DNA of 64,000 bases from assembly GCA_045617845.1 (NCBI GenBank), contig JAZLJL010000084.1, positions 1,922 through 65,921 of the forward strand, written 5' to 3'. The DNA comes from Paludibacteraceae bacterium. Its GTDB lineage: Bacteria; Bacteroidota; Bacteroidia; Bacteroidales; Paludibacteraceae. Shown one piece after another: positions 1 through 8,159 of this stretch (position 1 is the stretch's first letter; every line of letters starts with the position of its first letter). Made by a program: the position numbers and the translations under genes. A model generated the notes under the pieces. It was not told where the DNA came from. It was given only the letters and a program-made list of their open reading frames with translations, and searched no databases.

Positions 1-879
1 GGGGAAATAGCATGGTTTGTTCCTGTGATAATAGGTGCTGCAATGGGTGCTTATTCAGGAGGTGTAATCGCCAATGATGGACAGAAAAATCCATTTGATT
101 GGGATTATGGTTCTGGTCAAACTTGGGGATATATGTTTGGCGGAGCGATAGCTGGTGGAGTCAGCGGATTCCTTGGAGGTGCGGTTTCGGCTTCCGGCAT
201 ACCATTCGCCAACACATGCGGTATCGTTGCCTCTTCTTTCATCAATTCCGTACTGACAAGTATTTATACGGGGGGACAGACTCCTGTTTCTGTGAATTTC
301 GGATTCGGATCGTACGATTTCACTAACAACGCATTCGGATTCCTCGGGAAGAAGGGAAATTCGGCTTTGGAGAATGTTGGATATGTTCTTGGGACGATGG
401 CGAATGTGAGTGATGCGTTTGCATTTGTTAAAGGAGGAGGAGAAAAAATTAATGTGAATTCCGCATGTACTAAAGGAGATCATGAGTGGTGGGGACATAG
501 TTCTATAACAAGGGAAAATGGGGAGTCATTAATTTCTGTAGGACCCAACAGCGCAGTCGAAAAAAGTTTATATCTTTCAGAAACATGGAGGAATTCAATA
601 AAAGGAGCAAATGTAAAATGGTCAACATATTTTAAAGATAAAGGAACTTGGACTATTAAACTTAATAATGTCAGTACAACTGCATTGAGTAAATATGGAC
701 ATGATATTTCCCGATGGGATTTGTTGTTAAATAGTTTTGTGGGGCATACTACAAGAGCTTTATGGTCCGCAGGAATACCAACAATTTATGCATTCCATCC
801 TCATATGTTAAATTTACAATTGCTCGTCAGAGAAATAGGAATTAATGCTAGTCCATATTTGTACCAATTAGAAGAATAG
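1..879 (+). CDS. Polymorphic toxin C-terminal region (RHS/YD-type effector tail); 5' end lies outside the window
   Basis: Frame 1 is open from nt 1 (GEIAWFVPV... precedes the listed ATG at 25), so the gene starts upstream. Gly-rich hydrophobic segments (VIIGAAMGAYSGG, GGAIAGGVSGFLGG) resemble the stretch that follows RHS core domains in Bacteroidota. About 150 aa of unassigned C-terminal domain follow (contains GDHEWWGH). A small ORF starts 5 nt after the stop, giving a toxin/immunity layout. Confidence 0.6.
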   Translation, partial: GEIAWFVPVIIGAAMGAYSGGVIANDGQKNPFDWDYGSGQTWGYMFGGAIAGGVSGFLGGAVSASGIPFANTCGIVASSFINSVLTSIYTGGQTPVSVNFGFGSYDFTNNAFGFLGKKGNSALENVGYVLGTMANVSDAFAFVKGGGEKINVNSACTKGDHEWWGHSSITRENGESLISVGPNSAVEKSLYLSETWRNSIKGANVKWSTYFKDKGTWTIKLNNVSTTALSKYGHDISRWDLLLNSFVGHTTRALWSAGIPTIYAFHPHMLNLQLLVREIGINASPYLYQLEE

Positions 880-884
880 AGCGT

Positions 885-1319
885 ATGAAATTTATTTTAT
901 TAATATTTACATTTTTCCCATTGATTGAAATATCAGCGGAAATTCAAAATTACAATGAAATGCCATCGAACATAATGGATCAAATGGATAAAATGGGAGT
1001 CGATGATTCGTCCGCTTTAAATGCCTATGAGAGTGCATACCTCAATGCTTTTTTCAAAGGTAATCCAAGCACTTTTGATTTTTCGGGGAAAAAAGTCCAT
1101 TTCCTTCTTAATGGCAAATGCGATAAGAAAACGTTTTTTGACAAGGAAAAGGAAAGAATTGAAAGAAAAGACTCCCCAACTTCTTGTCAATTATATGTAT
1201 TTAATGAAGCTCAAAAACTTGAATCTGGAGGCTACGATGCGGTAATTATATTGTGGAGTAAATTCATTTTATCTGAGCAAGAAATTTTAAAAAGGATAAA
1301 AAGAGGAGAAAGCAAATAA
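885..1319 (+). CDS. Putative cognate immunity protein (144 aa, hydrophobic N-terminus)
   Basis: Starts 5 nt after the toxin stop on the same strand. Small, with no recognisable enzymatic motif. N-terminus MKFILLIFTFFPLIEISA is signal-like. Assigned by position only. Confidence 0.45.
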   Translation: MKFILLIFTFFPLIEISAEIQNYNEMPSNIMDQMDKMGVDDSSALNAYESAYLNAFFKGNPSTFDFSGKKVHFLLNGKCDKKTFFDKEKERIERKDSPTSCQLYVFNEAQKLESGGYDAVIILWSKFILSEQEILKRIKRGESK

Positions 1320-1346
1320 TAATTTTGAGTTACCTTGATTCCTCAA

Positions 1347-1390
1347 GAAAGCGAGCTCACAATAAAGTGCGCTCGCTTTCCCATATTTTT
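1347..1390 (+). terminator. Rho-independent terminator after the toxin/immunity pair
   Basis: Perfect 10-bp stem gaaagcgagc(1347-1356)/gctcgctttc(1371-1380), followed by ccatattttt. Confidence 0.55.
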
Positions 1391-1590
1391 GTCTATGTAA
1401 GATATCCGGAGGTTGTCCACTGGGAAAACAATCGTCAGTATGTATCTGAAAGGGTTGTTTGTTGTTTTCTTTTATAAAGACCTCCTTCGAAAATGTGCTC
1501 CACACCAATGGAACCAACCGTGAAATCCACTATCTTTACGGCGGTAACGGCTTGGCGGCCATCGTAAAGGCGTGGCATGCCGCATCTCTT

Positions 1591-2133
1591 CTACCTTAGC
1601 CTAAAAGTGATAGGAATAGAAACACCGGTGCTGACTTTGTTTCCATAGATACTTTCCGCAGGTTGCCACTTTCCCATTTTTCCAACCACACGAAGCGCCT
1701 CTTGATCCAAACTCGGATCAACCGACCTGATAACTCGAGGATTCTGAATTGTTCCTGTATCATCCACATCGAATTGTACGATAACTTTTCCTTGAATATT
1801 ATTATCTATAGCAACTTCCGGATATACAAGGTTCTTCCTCAAAAAATTCCTCAACGAATCTTGTCCGCCAATGTATTGGGCTTCCCTTTCTATGGCAGGC
1901 ATATCCTCCACAACACGGTCCCTTTCATCGGACCGACCATTGTCGCGGGTGACTTCTTCGGACGACCGAAGAAAATTTTTCACAACAGGATCCTCCCAAC
2001 CATCGTCTTGAGGAGTCTCATATGACCAATGATAGAGGTAGTCATAACCATTTGCGTCAACGCATAACACGTTCGGTGTCTGCATTAACATGCACGCTAT
2101 TAGGATTTCACATTTTCGGTTGCCTTGGCGCAT
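1591..2133 (-). CDS. TonB C-terminal domain protein; internally deleted paralogue of 2507..3424 (possibly non-functional)
   Basis: C-terminal half aligns with the neighbour (AQYIGGQDSLRNFLRKNLVYPEVAIDNNIQGKVIVQFDVDDTG.., GKWQPAE..ITF). The first ~30 nt of coding sequence are nearly identical at nucleotide level (..GGCAAmCGAAAATGTGAAATCCT..). The Cys-rich module and the hydrophobic anchor are missing. Confidence 0.55.
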   Translation of the reverse strand: MRQGNRKCEILIACMLMQTPNVLCVDANGYDYLYHWSYETPQDDGWEDPVVKNFLRSSEEVTRDNGRSDERDRVVEDMPAIEREAQYIGGQDSLRNFLRKNLVYPEVAIDNNIQGKVIVQFDVDDTGTIQNPRVIRSVDPSLDQEALRVVGKMGKWQPAESIYGNKVSTGVSIPITFRLR

Positions 2134-2154
2134 GTCATTTTCATTTTATCTATA

Positions 2155-2497
2155 GAGACGCACGGCTGTGCGTCTTTACCTATTATTGGTTGCACGGCTT
2201 TTTACGTTGAGACGCACGGCCGTGCGTCTTTACCTATTACTGGTCGCACGGCTTTTTACGTTGAGACGCACGGCTGTGCGTCTTTACCTATTATTGGTTG
2301 CACGGCTTTTTACGTTGAGACGCACGGCCGTGCGGCTTTACCTTTTACTGGTTGCACGTCTTTTACGTTGAGACGCACGGCTGTGCGTCTTTACCTATTA
2401 CAGGTCGCGCGGCTTTTACGTTGAGACGCACGGCTGTGCGGCTTTACCTATTACTGGTCGCGCGGCTTTTACGTTGAGACGCACGGCCGTGCGTCTT
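2155..2497. repeat. Tandem array of a 53-54-bp unit (6 full copies plus a 7th partial copy), each unit carrying the 20-bp palindrome AGACGCACGGCyGTGCGkCT
   Basis: Unit starts read at 2155, 2209, 2263, 2317, 2370, 2423 and 2476. Unit = gagacgcacggcYgtgcgtctttacctattaYtggtYgcacggctttttacgtt. Whole units repeat with no unique spacers. Confidence 0.9.
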
Positions 2498-2506
2498 TGC
2501 ATATAA

Positions 2507-3424
2507 TCACAATATGGTTTGATCGGAAGAGGGACCGTCTGACGTATCGACGGGCTGTTCCATCTTCGTAGAATCGTCTTTTAATTTAAAAGTAATAGGT
2601 AATGTGAAATAAGATCGAACCGGTTCATTACGATATTCACCAGGTTGCCACTTCCCCATAGAACGGACTACCCGGAGCGCTTCCTCGTCCAAAACAGGAT
2701 GAGCTGACCTAATGATTTGAGGATTCAGAACTGCTCCTGTCTCATCCACAACGAATTTCACCAAAACTGTGCCTTGAATCTTCTCATCCAAAGCGGCTTG
2801 GGGATATTTTAGATTCTCTTTGAGATATTCTTTCAACGCCTCATTGCCACCAATAAATTGAGCCTTCTTTTCAACAATCATACCCATTATCTCATCATCA
2901 TCCCCGCGTTTAGTTGCCATACTATCTTTCGATTCCGTTGGCTGTTCGGGAGGCGATACAAACCCCACCACCAAACCATCTACATCATAATCAGAAGGGG
3001 GATCAGGTTCAGGAGATTGATCACCATAGTAGTATTCCTGCCACTCCTCGAGGGTTCTACAGTCTCCCGTACATGGCTCAGTAGATTTAGAAGCGTTGGA
3101 ATCAAAAGGGGCCTCCACCGGTTCGCCTTCTCCTACTCCATTCGTGGGAACGTTAATGTTTGTCGGCGTGTCACTACCGCACGAAGCCAGCGACATCACC
3201 GATACCAACCCCGCGATTTTCACCGCGCCGCCCGCCTTCCTGCAGGCGCTGAGCTCGCGCTCCAAATAACGCACCTCCGACTCGCAGGCGGGACATGTGC
3301 CTTGGCAATCACCCTTGTAGGTGCAGACCCGCGGCTCGTAAGGGATGCCGTTCGCATCGGCTATTTGCTTGCGCACGGCCTTCAGGATTTCACATTTTCG
3401 TTTGCCTTTGCTCATATTATTCAT
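2507..3424 (-). CDS. TonB C-terminal domain protein with Cys-rich N-terminal module and single membrane anchor
   Basis: N-terminus KCEILKAVRKQIADANGIPYEPRVCTYKGDCQGTCPACESEVRYLE (four-plus Cys, zinc-ribbon-like). Hydrophobic segment VKIAGLVSVMSLASCG, a Pro/Asp/Glu-rich linker, then a TonB_C-like end (AQFIGGNEALKEYLKENLKYPQAALDEKIQGTVLVKFVVDETG..WQPGE..ITF). Confidence 0.75.
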   Translation of the reverse strand: MNNMSKGKRKCEILKAVRKQIADANGIPYEPRVCTYKGDCQGTCPACESEVRYLERELSACRKAGGAVKIAGLVSVMSLASCGSDTPTNINVPTNGVGEGEPVEAPFDSNASKSTEPCTGDCRTLEEWQEYYYGDQSPEPDPPSDYDVDGLVVGFVSPPEQPTESKDSMATKRGDDDEIMGMIVEKKAQFIGGNEALKEYLKENLKYPQAALDEKIQGTVLVKFVVDETGAVLNPQIIRSAHPVLDEEALRVVRSMGKWQPGEYRNEPVRSYFTLPITFKLKDDSTKMEQPVDTSDGPSSDQTIL

Positions 3425-3451
3425 TTTTTCGCACGTTTTTTTATATCGTAG

Positions 3452-3471
3452 AGACGCACGTCCGTGCGTCT
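3452..3471. repeat. Single copy of the AGACGCACG-N2-CGTGCGTCT palindrome, 5' of the TonB_C gene start
   Basis: agacgcacgtccgtgcgtct read at 3452-3471, with one central mismatch relative to the perfect form. It sits ~28 nt upstream of the ATG at 3424 on the minus strand. Confidence 0.8.
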
Positions 3472-3589
3472 ACCAAATTTACAAAAAAAACAAATACCAT
3501 TTACCTGAAAACGTTATATTCAACCAAATTTGACACAAAATTCATATACATTAGCGTTTTTCCATATCCCCCTATATCATATTATTACC

Positions 3590-3597
3590 TATATTTG
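3590..3597 (+). promoter_or_regulatory. Bacteroidota -7 promoter box (TAnnTTTG)
   Basis: tatatttg, 31 nt upstream of the ATG at 3628. Confidence 0.45.
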
Positions 3598-3627
3598 CGA
3601 CATCTGATTAATATTACACTTATTGAA

Positions 3628-6069
3628 ATGAAAAACACACTGTCACTATTACTCTTAGGAATCACATTAGGCACCGCCAGCCTTGACGCATCGGCGGACG
3701 CCTCAAGAGGTCTTTGGGCTTGCCAGTCTGTAAAAAACAGCAACGTCTTCGTCAGTTGGCGAATGAGAAATACGGACGCACCCAAGAGCACCACTTATAA
3801 GTTATATGCCGACGGCAACCTCGTGGAGACCACAACGGACAAGACCAACGTGTCGCTCGACCTCAAATACGCGAACGCCACCTTCTCGCTCGAAGTGCTC
3901 AACAAGCAAGGCGAAGTCATCGACTCGCAAGAGGGAGTCAAATGCGACCACGACTTCTTCCACCACATCAAGTTGAACCGCCCGCAGAATTACTGGATGA
4001 ACAACACATCCATCACCTACTCCCCTAACGACTGCTCCGCCTACGATATGGACGGAGACGGCGAACAGGAGATCATCGTGAAGTGGGAACCTTCCAACGC
4101 GGGAGAGAAAACGACTCCTACCGGACCCCAAATCTTGGACTGCTACAAACTGGACGGCACCCAACTCTGGAGAATAGATTTCGGTCCTAACGTTTTGGCC
4201 GGCTGCCGTTTCACCTTCCTCTGCTACGACTTCGACGGTGACGGCTACGGAGAAGTAATAGCCAAGACCGCCCAAGGCAGCAAAGACGCAACAGGCAACT
4301 ACCTTTCGAAAGGAGTCGCTCAAGGCGCCAACCACCAAGCCTCTTCCGTAAATGCGTCAGGCGTCATCACCGACGGAGGAAAGGAATGGATCACATGCTT
4401 CGACGGACGAACCGGGAAAGAACTCGCGACTATCGACTACTGGCCGTACTTCAACATCCAAAGAGAATGGGCTGACCCACGTGAAGGGAAAACAGACACC
4501 AACACTTACGGACACCGAGGCAATTGGTTCAAGGCATGCGTCGCATTCCTCGACGTGGACGGTAAGGCGAAACCTTGTGCCGTAACCAATAGAGGTATCT
4601 ACGCCTACTCCTACGCTGCCGCCTACACATGGAACGGACAGGAACTCAGACAATTATGGAAACACACTTCCGACCAAATGGATCAAGGCATCTACGGCGA
4701 AGGCGCACATAGCATCACCTGCGGTGACGTCGATGACGACGGATTCGATGAAATCATCGTGGGCGCCGCCGCTCTCGACCACAACGGACAACTGCTTTGG
4801 AGGACGGGACTAGGACACGGCGACGCGACGCACCTTGGCGACTTCGACCCTAACAATCCCGGACTCGAGTATTTCATGATCACCGAAGGGAACGACCGCT
4901 ACAACAGCGCATTAATCGACGCCAGAACGGGTAGAATCATTCGAGGGAAACATATCTCGAACGATGATACGAGCCGCGGAATCATCCTCGACTGCGACAG
5001 CCAATACGACGGGGCGGAATCCATGATCTGGTGTTATGGCAAACTCTTTGACATCAACGGGAGAGACATAGCAGACTGGCATACGGGATCGACCAAAAAC
5101 AGCTCCATCAACTTCGCCATCTACTGGGACGGAGACCTCCTGCAGGAATATCATGACCGCTCCCACATAGACAAATGGAACACCGGCACCAAGACTTGGG
5201 ACCGCGTAATCGACGTATGGCAATATGGCTACGGAGCCAACAACAATAACAGCACAAAATATAACCCATGCCTTCAGGCCGACCTCTACGGCGACTGGCG
5301 TGAAGAAGCAGTCTATTGGGCGGAAAACAACGGCAACTGTTATCTGACAATCTTTACAACCACAATGTCAAGCGACTATAAACTGCCTTGGCTGCGCGAC
5401 GACCACACCTACGATATGGCGGTGGCTTGGCAAAACTGCGGTTACAACCAACCGCCTCACATCGGCTACGATCCTTTCACCTACTTCAAGAACCTCGACA
5501 ACCTCAAAGAGAGCGCATCCCTCACCAAACATGGAGAGGGATCCAGCTCACAGAAAATCGAACAAGGCGACTCCATCGTAGAGTTCTTCTACACGATAAG
5601 CGACGCCTATACGGTCGAAGTGACGGGACTTCCGAACGGAATCACCTACTCCACGGAGAATGACAATATCCGCTTCTCGGGTATCGGAGACGACGAACCA
5701 GGAGAGTATAACTACACCATCACCGCCAAAGGAGAAGGCGGAGACGCCGTTAAAAACGGGACTTTCACCATCCTTGAAAGAGACGAAACAGGTCTCTGCG
5801 AAACAATGGCACAAAATGGAGAAATAGAGATTATCCCTAACCCGATGAATGAGACGGCTGAAGTAACGTTCTACGCTCAAACTAAGGGAAACATTTTGTG
5901 GAACATAACCGATATGTTGGGCGTCGTCCAACAAAAAGGATCCGTGAAGGCAGATAATTCGACGGTGAGATTCTCCATCAACAGAGAGACGCTGAAAGAC
6001 GGAATCTATGTAGTAACCCTCAAGGTCGGAAACGAAAATTATTATACGATTCTTATTATAAATAATTAA
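3628..6069 (+). CDS. Rhamnogalacturonan lyase-like (PL11, YesW/YesX-type) FG-GAP beta-propeller protein with T9SS C-terminal sorting domain
   Basis: The listed ORF starts at 3295, but the signal peptide MKNTLSLLLLGITLGTASLDA starts at the in-frame ATG at 3628. Repeated Ca-binding FG-GAP-like motifs (YDMDGDGEQEIIVKW, CYDFDGDGYGEVIAKT, GDVDDDGFDEIIVGAA, ADLYGDWREEAVYW). The last ~80 aa (EIIPNPMNETAEVTF...GIYVVTLKVGNENYYTILIINN) resemble a Por/T9SS tail. Confidence 0.75.
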   Translation: MKNTLSLLLLGITLGTASLDASADASRGLWACQSVKNSNVFVSWRMRNTDAPKSTTYKLYADGNLVETTTDKTNVSLDLKYANATFSLEVLNKQGEVIDSQEGVKCDHDFFHHIKLNRPQNYWMNNTSITYSPNDCSAYDMDGDGEQEIIVKWEPSNAGEKTTPTGPQILDCYKLDGTQLWRIDFGPNVLAGCRFTFLCYDFDGDGYGEVIAKTAQGSKDATGNYLSKGVAQGANHQASSVNASGVITDGGKEWITCFDGRTGKELATIDYWPYFNIQREWADPREGKTDTNTYGHRGNWFKACVAFLDVDGKAKPCAVTNRGIYAYSYAAAYTWNGQELRQLWKHTSDQMDQGIYGEGAHSITCGDVDDDGFDEIIVGAAALDHNGQLLWRTGLGHGDATHLGDFDPNNPGLEYFMITEGNDRYNSALIDARTGRIIRGKHISNDDTSRGIILDCDSQYDGAESMIWCYGKLFDINGRDIADWHTGSTKNSSINFAIYWDGDLLQEYHDRSHIDKWNTGTKTWDRVIDVWQYGYGANNNNSTKYNPCLQADLYGDWREEAVYWAENNGNCYLTIFTTTMSSDYKLPWLRDDHTYDMAVAWQNCGYNQPPHIGYDPFTYFKNLDNLKESASLTKHGEGSSSQKIEQGDSIVEFFYTISDAYTVEVTGLPNGITYSTENDNIRFSGIGDDEPGEYNYTITAKGEGGDAVKNGTFTILERDETGLCETMAQNGEIEIIPNPMNETAEVTFYAQTKGNILWNITDMLGVVQQKGSVKADNSTVRFSINRETLKDGIYVVTLKVGNENYYTILIINN

Positions 6070-6072
6070 ATC

Positions 6073-6226
6073 GTTGAGACGCACGGCCATGTTGAGACGC
6101 ACGGCCATGTTGAGACGCACGGCCATGTTGAGACGCACGGCCATGTTGAGACGCACGGCCATGTTGAGACGCACGGCCATGTTGAGACGCACGGCCGTGT
6201 TGAGACGCACGGCCGTGCGTCTCAAC
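6073..6226. repeat. 18-bp half-palindrome amplified in tandem (7 copies), ending in one complete 28-bp palindrome; probable bidirectional terminator
   Basis: gttgagacgcacggccat starts at 6073, 6091, 6109, 6127, 6145 and 6163, and gttgagacgcacggccgt at 6181. GTTGAGACGCACGGCCGTGCGTCTCAAC then follows at 6199-6226. The array lies between convergent genes ending at 6069 and 6238. Confidence 0.9.
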
Positions 6227-6237
6227 AACGAAAATAA

Positions 6238-6783
6238 TTATTTTTTCTCAGGCACAGAGAAAGTGCGTTCCAACTCGCTTCTCAAACGATCCTTTTTCAA
6301 CGACTTTAACATCTTATCCAACTTCTTACACTTGCCCAAAAAGTCTCTGTTCCTCTCATAATAACGAAGTGTCTCGACCATCGCGTAATAATGCATGTCG
6401 AACGTGTACTCATAGGAAGTCTTCACCTCGCGGTTATATTTCACGCATCCGCAAATATATGTGCCCATGAAGATTATGGACGCATCCATGTTGCAAGACA
6501 AAAACGGGCTCATGCATTGATCGGAAATACCAACCAATATCTCATCGGAAGATTCCACCCAAGACATCAAGAAACTAAGCGCAGACTTAGCGTAGGTGCG
6601 ATCATCAGGAAGAGAAGTCGTGAAGTAATAATTGACGACCTGCTTAGCCATATCATTATCAGCCCTACACTCGTCAGCGGTAGCGTAGTGCTTTACAGTA
6701 GGAATTTCAAAAGTCGGAGCGGCAGCCCATCCGGAACATATCATCCCTATCGACAGAAACAACAAAGAAATAAGTTTTCTCAT
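6238..6783 (-). CDS. Hypothetical exported protein
   Basis: Signal peptide MRKLISLLFLSIGMICSGWAAAP from the ATG at 6783 (the listed ORF starts 27 nt earlier). No motif recognised. Confidence 0.5.
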   Translation of the reverse strand: MRKLISLLFLSIGMICSGWAAAPTFEIPTVKHYATADECRADNDMAKQVVNYYFTTSLPDDRTYAKSALSFLMSWVESSDEILVGISDQCMSPFLSCNMDASIIFMGTYICGCVKYNREVKTSYEYTFDMHYYAMVETLRYYERNRDFLGKCKKLDKMLKSLKKDRLRSELERTFSVPEKK

Positions 6784-6896
6784 ACCAGTACACATTAAAT
6801 TAGACACCATTATTTACACATCACTCATATGGTCATAAATATAACCTAAATAATGAAAAAAAACAATAGACGAAGAGAAAAAAAAGAAAAAAGGAA

Positions 6897-6926
6897 GGGA
6901 AACTCCCACAATAGCAAGAGTTCCCC
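6897..6926 (-). terminator. Rho-independent terminator of the LRR protein gene
   Basis: Stem gggaaactc/gagttcccc. Its single non-Watson-Crick pair is G.U on the minus-strand RNA but A.C on the plus strand. It is followed on the minus strand by a long T-rich run. Confidence 0.55.
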
Positions 6927-6974
6927 CCATAAAAAATAAAAAAGATGAGAAGCATAACAATCCGGGAAAATCCA

Positions 6975-8159
6975 TCACATCCCGAACGTCACGACCACAC
7001 GTGGAAGCCCGACAAAGAAAGTTTCCCTATCGTCCACACATAATCGCCTGTACAGCAACTGCCCCGCAAGCGAATAGACAGAAACGGTACGACCCGCGGC
7101 CCGCGTCACCACCAGTTCATTCCCCGACACAAAAAACGAAGGGGAGTCGTCAAGGATGAGGTCACAATATGCCGGAGAAGTGCTGGAAATTATTTGAGTG
7201 GCATAATAAGCCACATAACCATAATCAGTAGACCCCAAAACGATGTTCAAACCGCTCTCGTTCTTCACCACCTCCAGCCCCTCACAACCTTTAAAGGCCT
7301 GAGAGCCAATCTCCCTAAGCGTACTAGGCAGTTCGATTCCCATCAGCATGCCGCAATTAAAAAAAGCCATTTCACCAATCTCCTCCAGTCCTTCGTGCAA
7401 TATCACATAAGCAAGATTCGGGCAATCCACAAAAGCAGACGCCTGGATGCGTTTCACACTGGACGGGATGGAAACGATAACCAAATTGGGACATTTCGAA
7501 AAAGCCTGCACCCCAATATCCGCAATCTTTTCACCCATAAAAATCTCCTGCAGACCAGAACAACCGCTGAAAGCGCCATCCGCAATGGACACAACCTCGT
7601 CCGAAAGAGTCACCGTCGAGAGATTCACACAATTCTGGAAAGCGGAACTAGGCACCTCCGTCAATCCATCAGGGAGCACTAAATCGCCCGCAATCGCCTT
7701 AGGAACAAAACAAATCGAGAAAGGAGAACGCCAATAAAGGATACCATCCCTGCTCGAAAAGACAGGATTGTTATCATCCACTTGAATGGAAGATAAACCA
7801 TTGCACAAAGAAAAGAGTCCATTCCCGACAGAAACGACAGACGCCGGCAAAGACAACGAACGCATCGCTTTACTACCCGCAAAAGCGTCATCCCCCAAAG
7901 CCGTAACACAATAGGATGCCCCGCCATAACGGACCGTATCAGGGATGACAACATCCCCCACATATAAATCCTCGGCGCTGAAATACATCCAACCATCCTC
8001 CTCGTCACCTCTGAAGGTCACCTCGGCGTTCCCATCATCCTTCAACTGATAAAAAACGCCATCAACCTCCACCTTCCCAGCCGCGACAGCACCAAAGAAA
8101 GGAAACAAGACAGAAGCCAGGAGAACCCCAATAGATATAAATTGAGTTATTTTTCCCAT
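6975..8159 (-). CDS. BspA-type leucine-rich repeat surface protein
   Basis: Signal-like N-terminus, then repeated ~23-aa units of the form AFxxCxxLxxVxLPxxVxxIGxxAF (AFQNCVNLSTVTLSDEVVSIADGAFSGCSGLQEIFMGEKIADIGVQAFSKCPNLVIVSIPSSVKRIQASAF...). C-terminal beta-rich tail, possibly a T9SS-type sorting domain. Confidence 0.75.
   Translation of the reverse strand: MGKITQFISIGVLLASVLFPFFGAVAAGKVEVDGVFYQLKDDGNAEVTFRGDEEDGWMYFSAEDLYVGDVVIPDTVRYGGASYCVTALGDDAFAGSKAMRSLSLPASVVSVGNGLFSLCNGLSSIQVDDNNPVFSSRDGILYWRSPFSICFVPKAIAGDLVLPDGLTEVPSSAFQNCVNLSTVTLSDEVVSIADGAFSGCSGLQEIFMGEKIADIGVQAFSKCPNLVIVSIPSSVKRIQASAFVDCPNLAYVILHEGLEEIGEMAFFNCGMLMGIELPSTLREIGSQAFKGCEGLEVVKNESGLNIVLGSTDYGYVAYYATQIISSTSPAYCDLILDDSPSFFVSGNELVVTRAAGRTVSVYSLAGQLLYRRLCVDDRETFFVGLPRVVVTFGM

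Noticed and set aside
2125-2424. ORFs 2125..2424 and 2168..2371 (LRRTAVRLYLLLVARL... repeats)
   Set aside because: They are translations of the 54-bp tandem palindromic array. The periodic peptide simply mirrors the DNA repeat, and there is no start context.
2155-2497. Possible CRISPR array (and likewise 6073-6226)
   Set aside because: Whole units repeat head-to-tail with no unique spacers. The periods (54 and 18 bp) and the absence of cas genes do not fit CRISPR.
3295-3627. N-terminal 111-codon extension of the PL11 ORF
   Set aside because: It overlaps the start of the opposite-strand TonB_C gene and the intergenic palindrome. A signal peptide and a -7 box support the ATG at 3628.
5548-6361. 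ORFs 5548..6228 (-) and 6074..6361 (+) with MAVRLN / MLRRTA repeats
   Set aside because: They are generated by the 18-bp half-palindrome array. They also overlap the well-supported PL11 gene and the convergent downstream gene.
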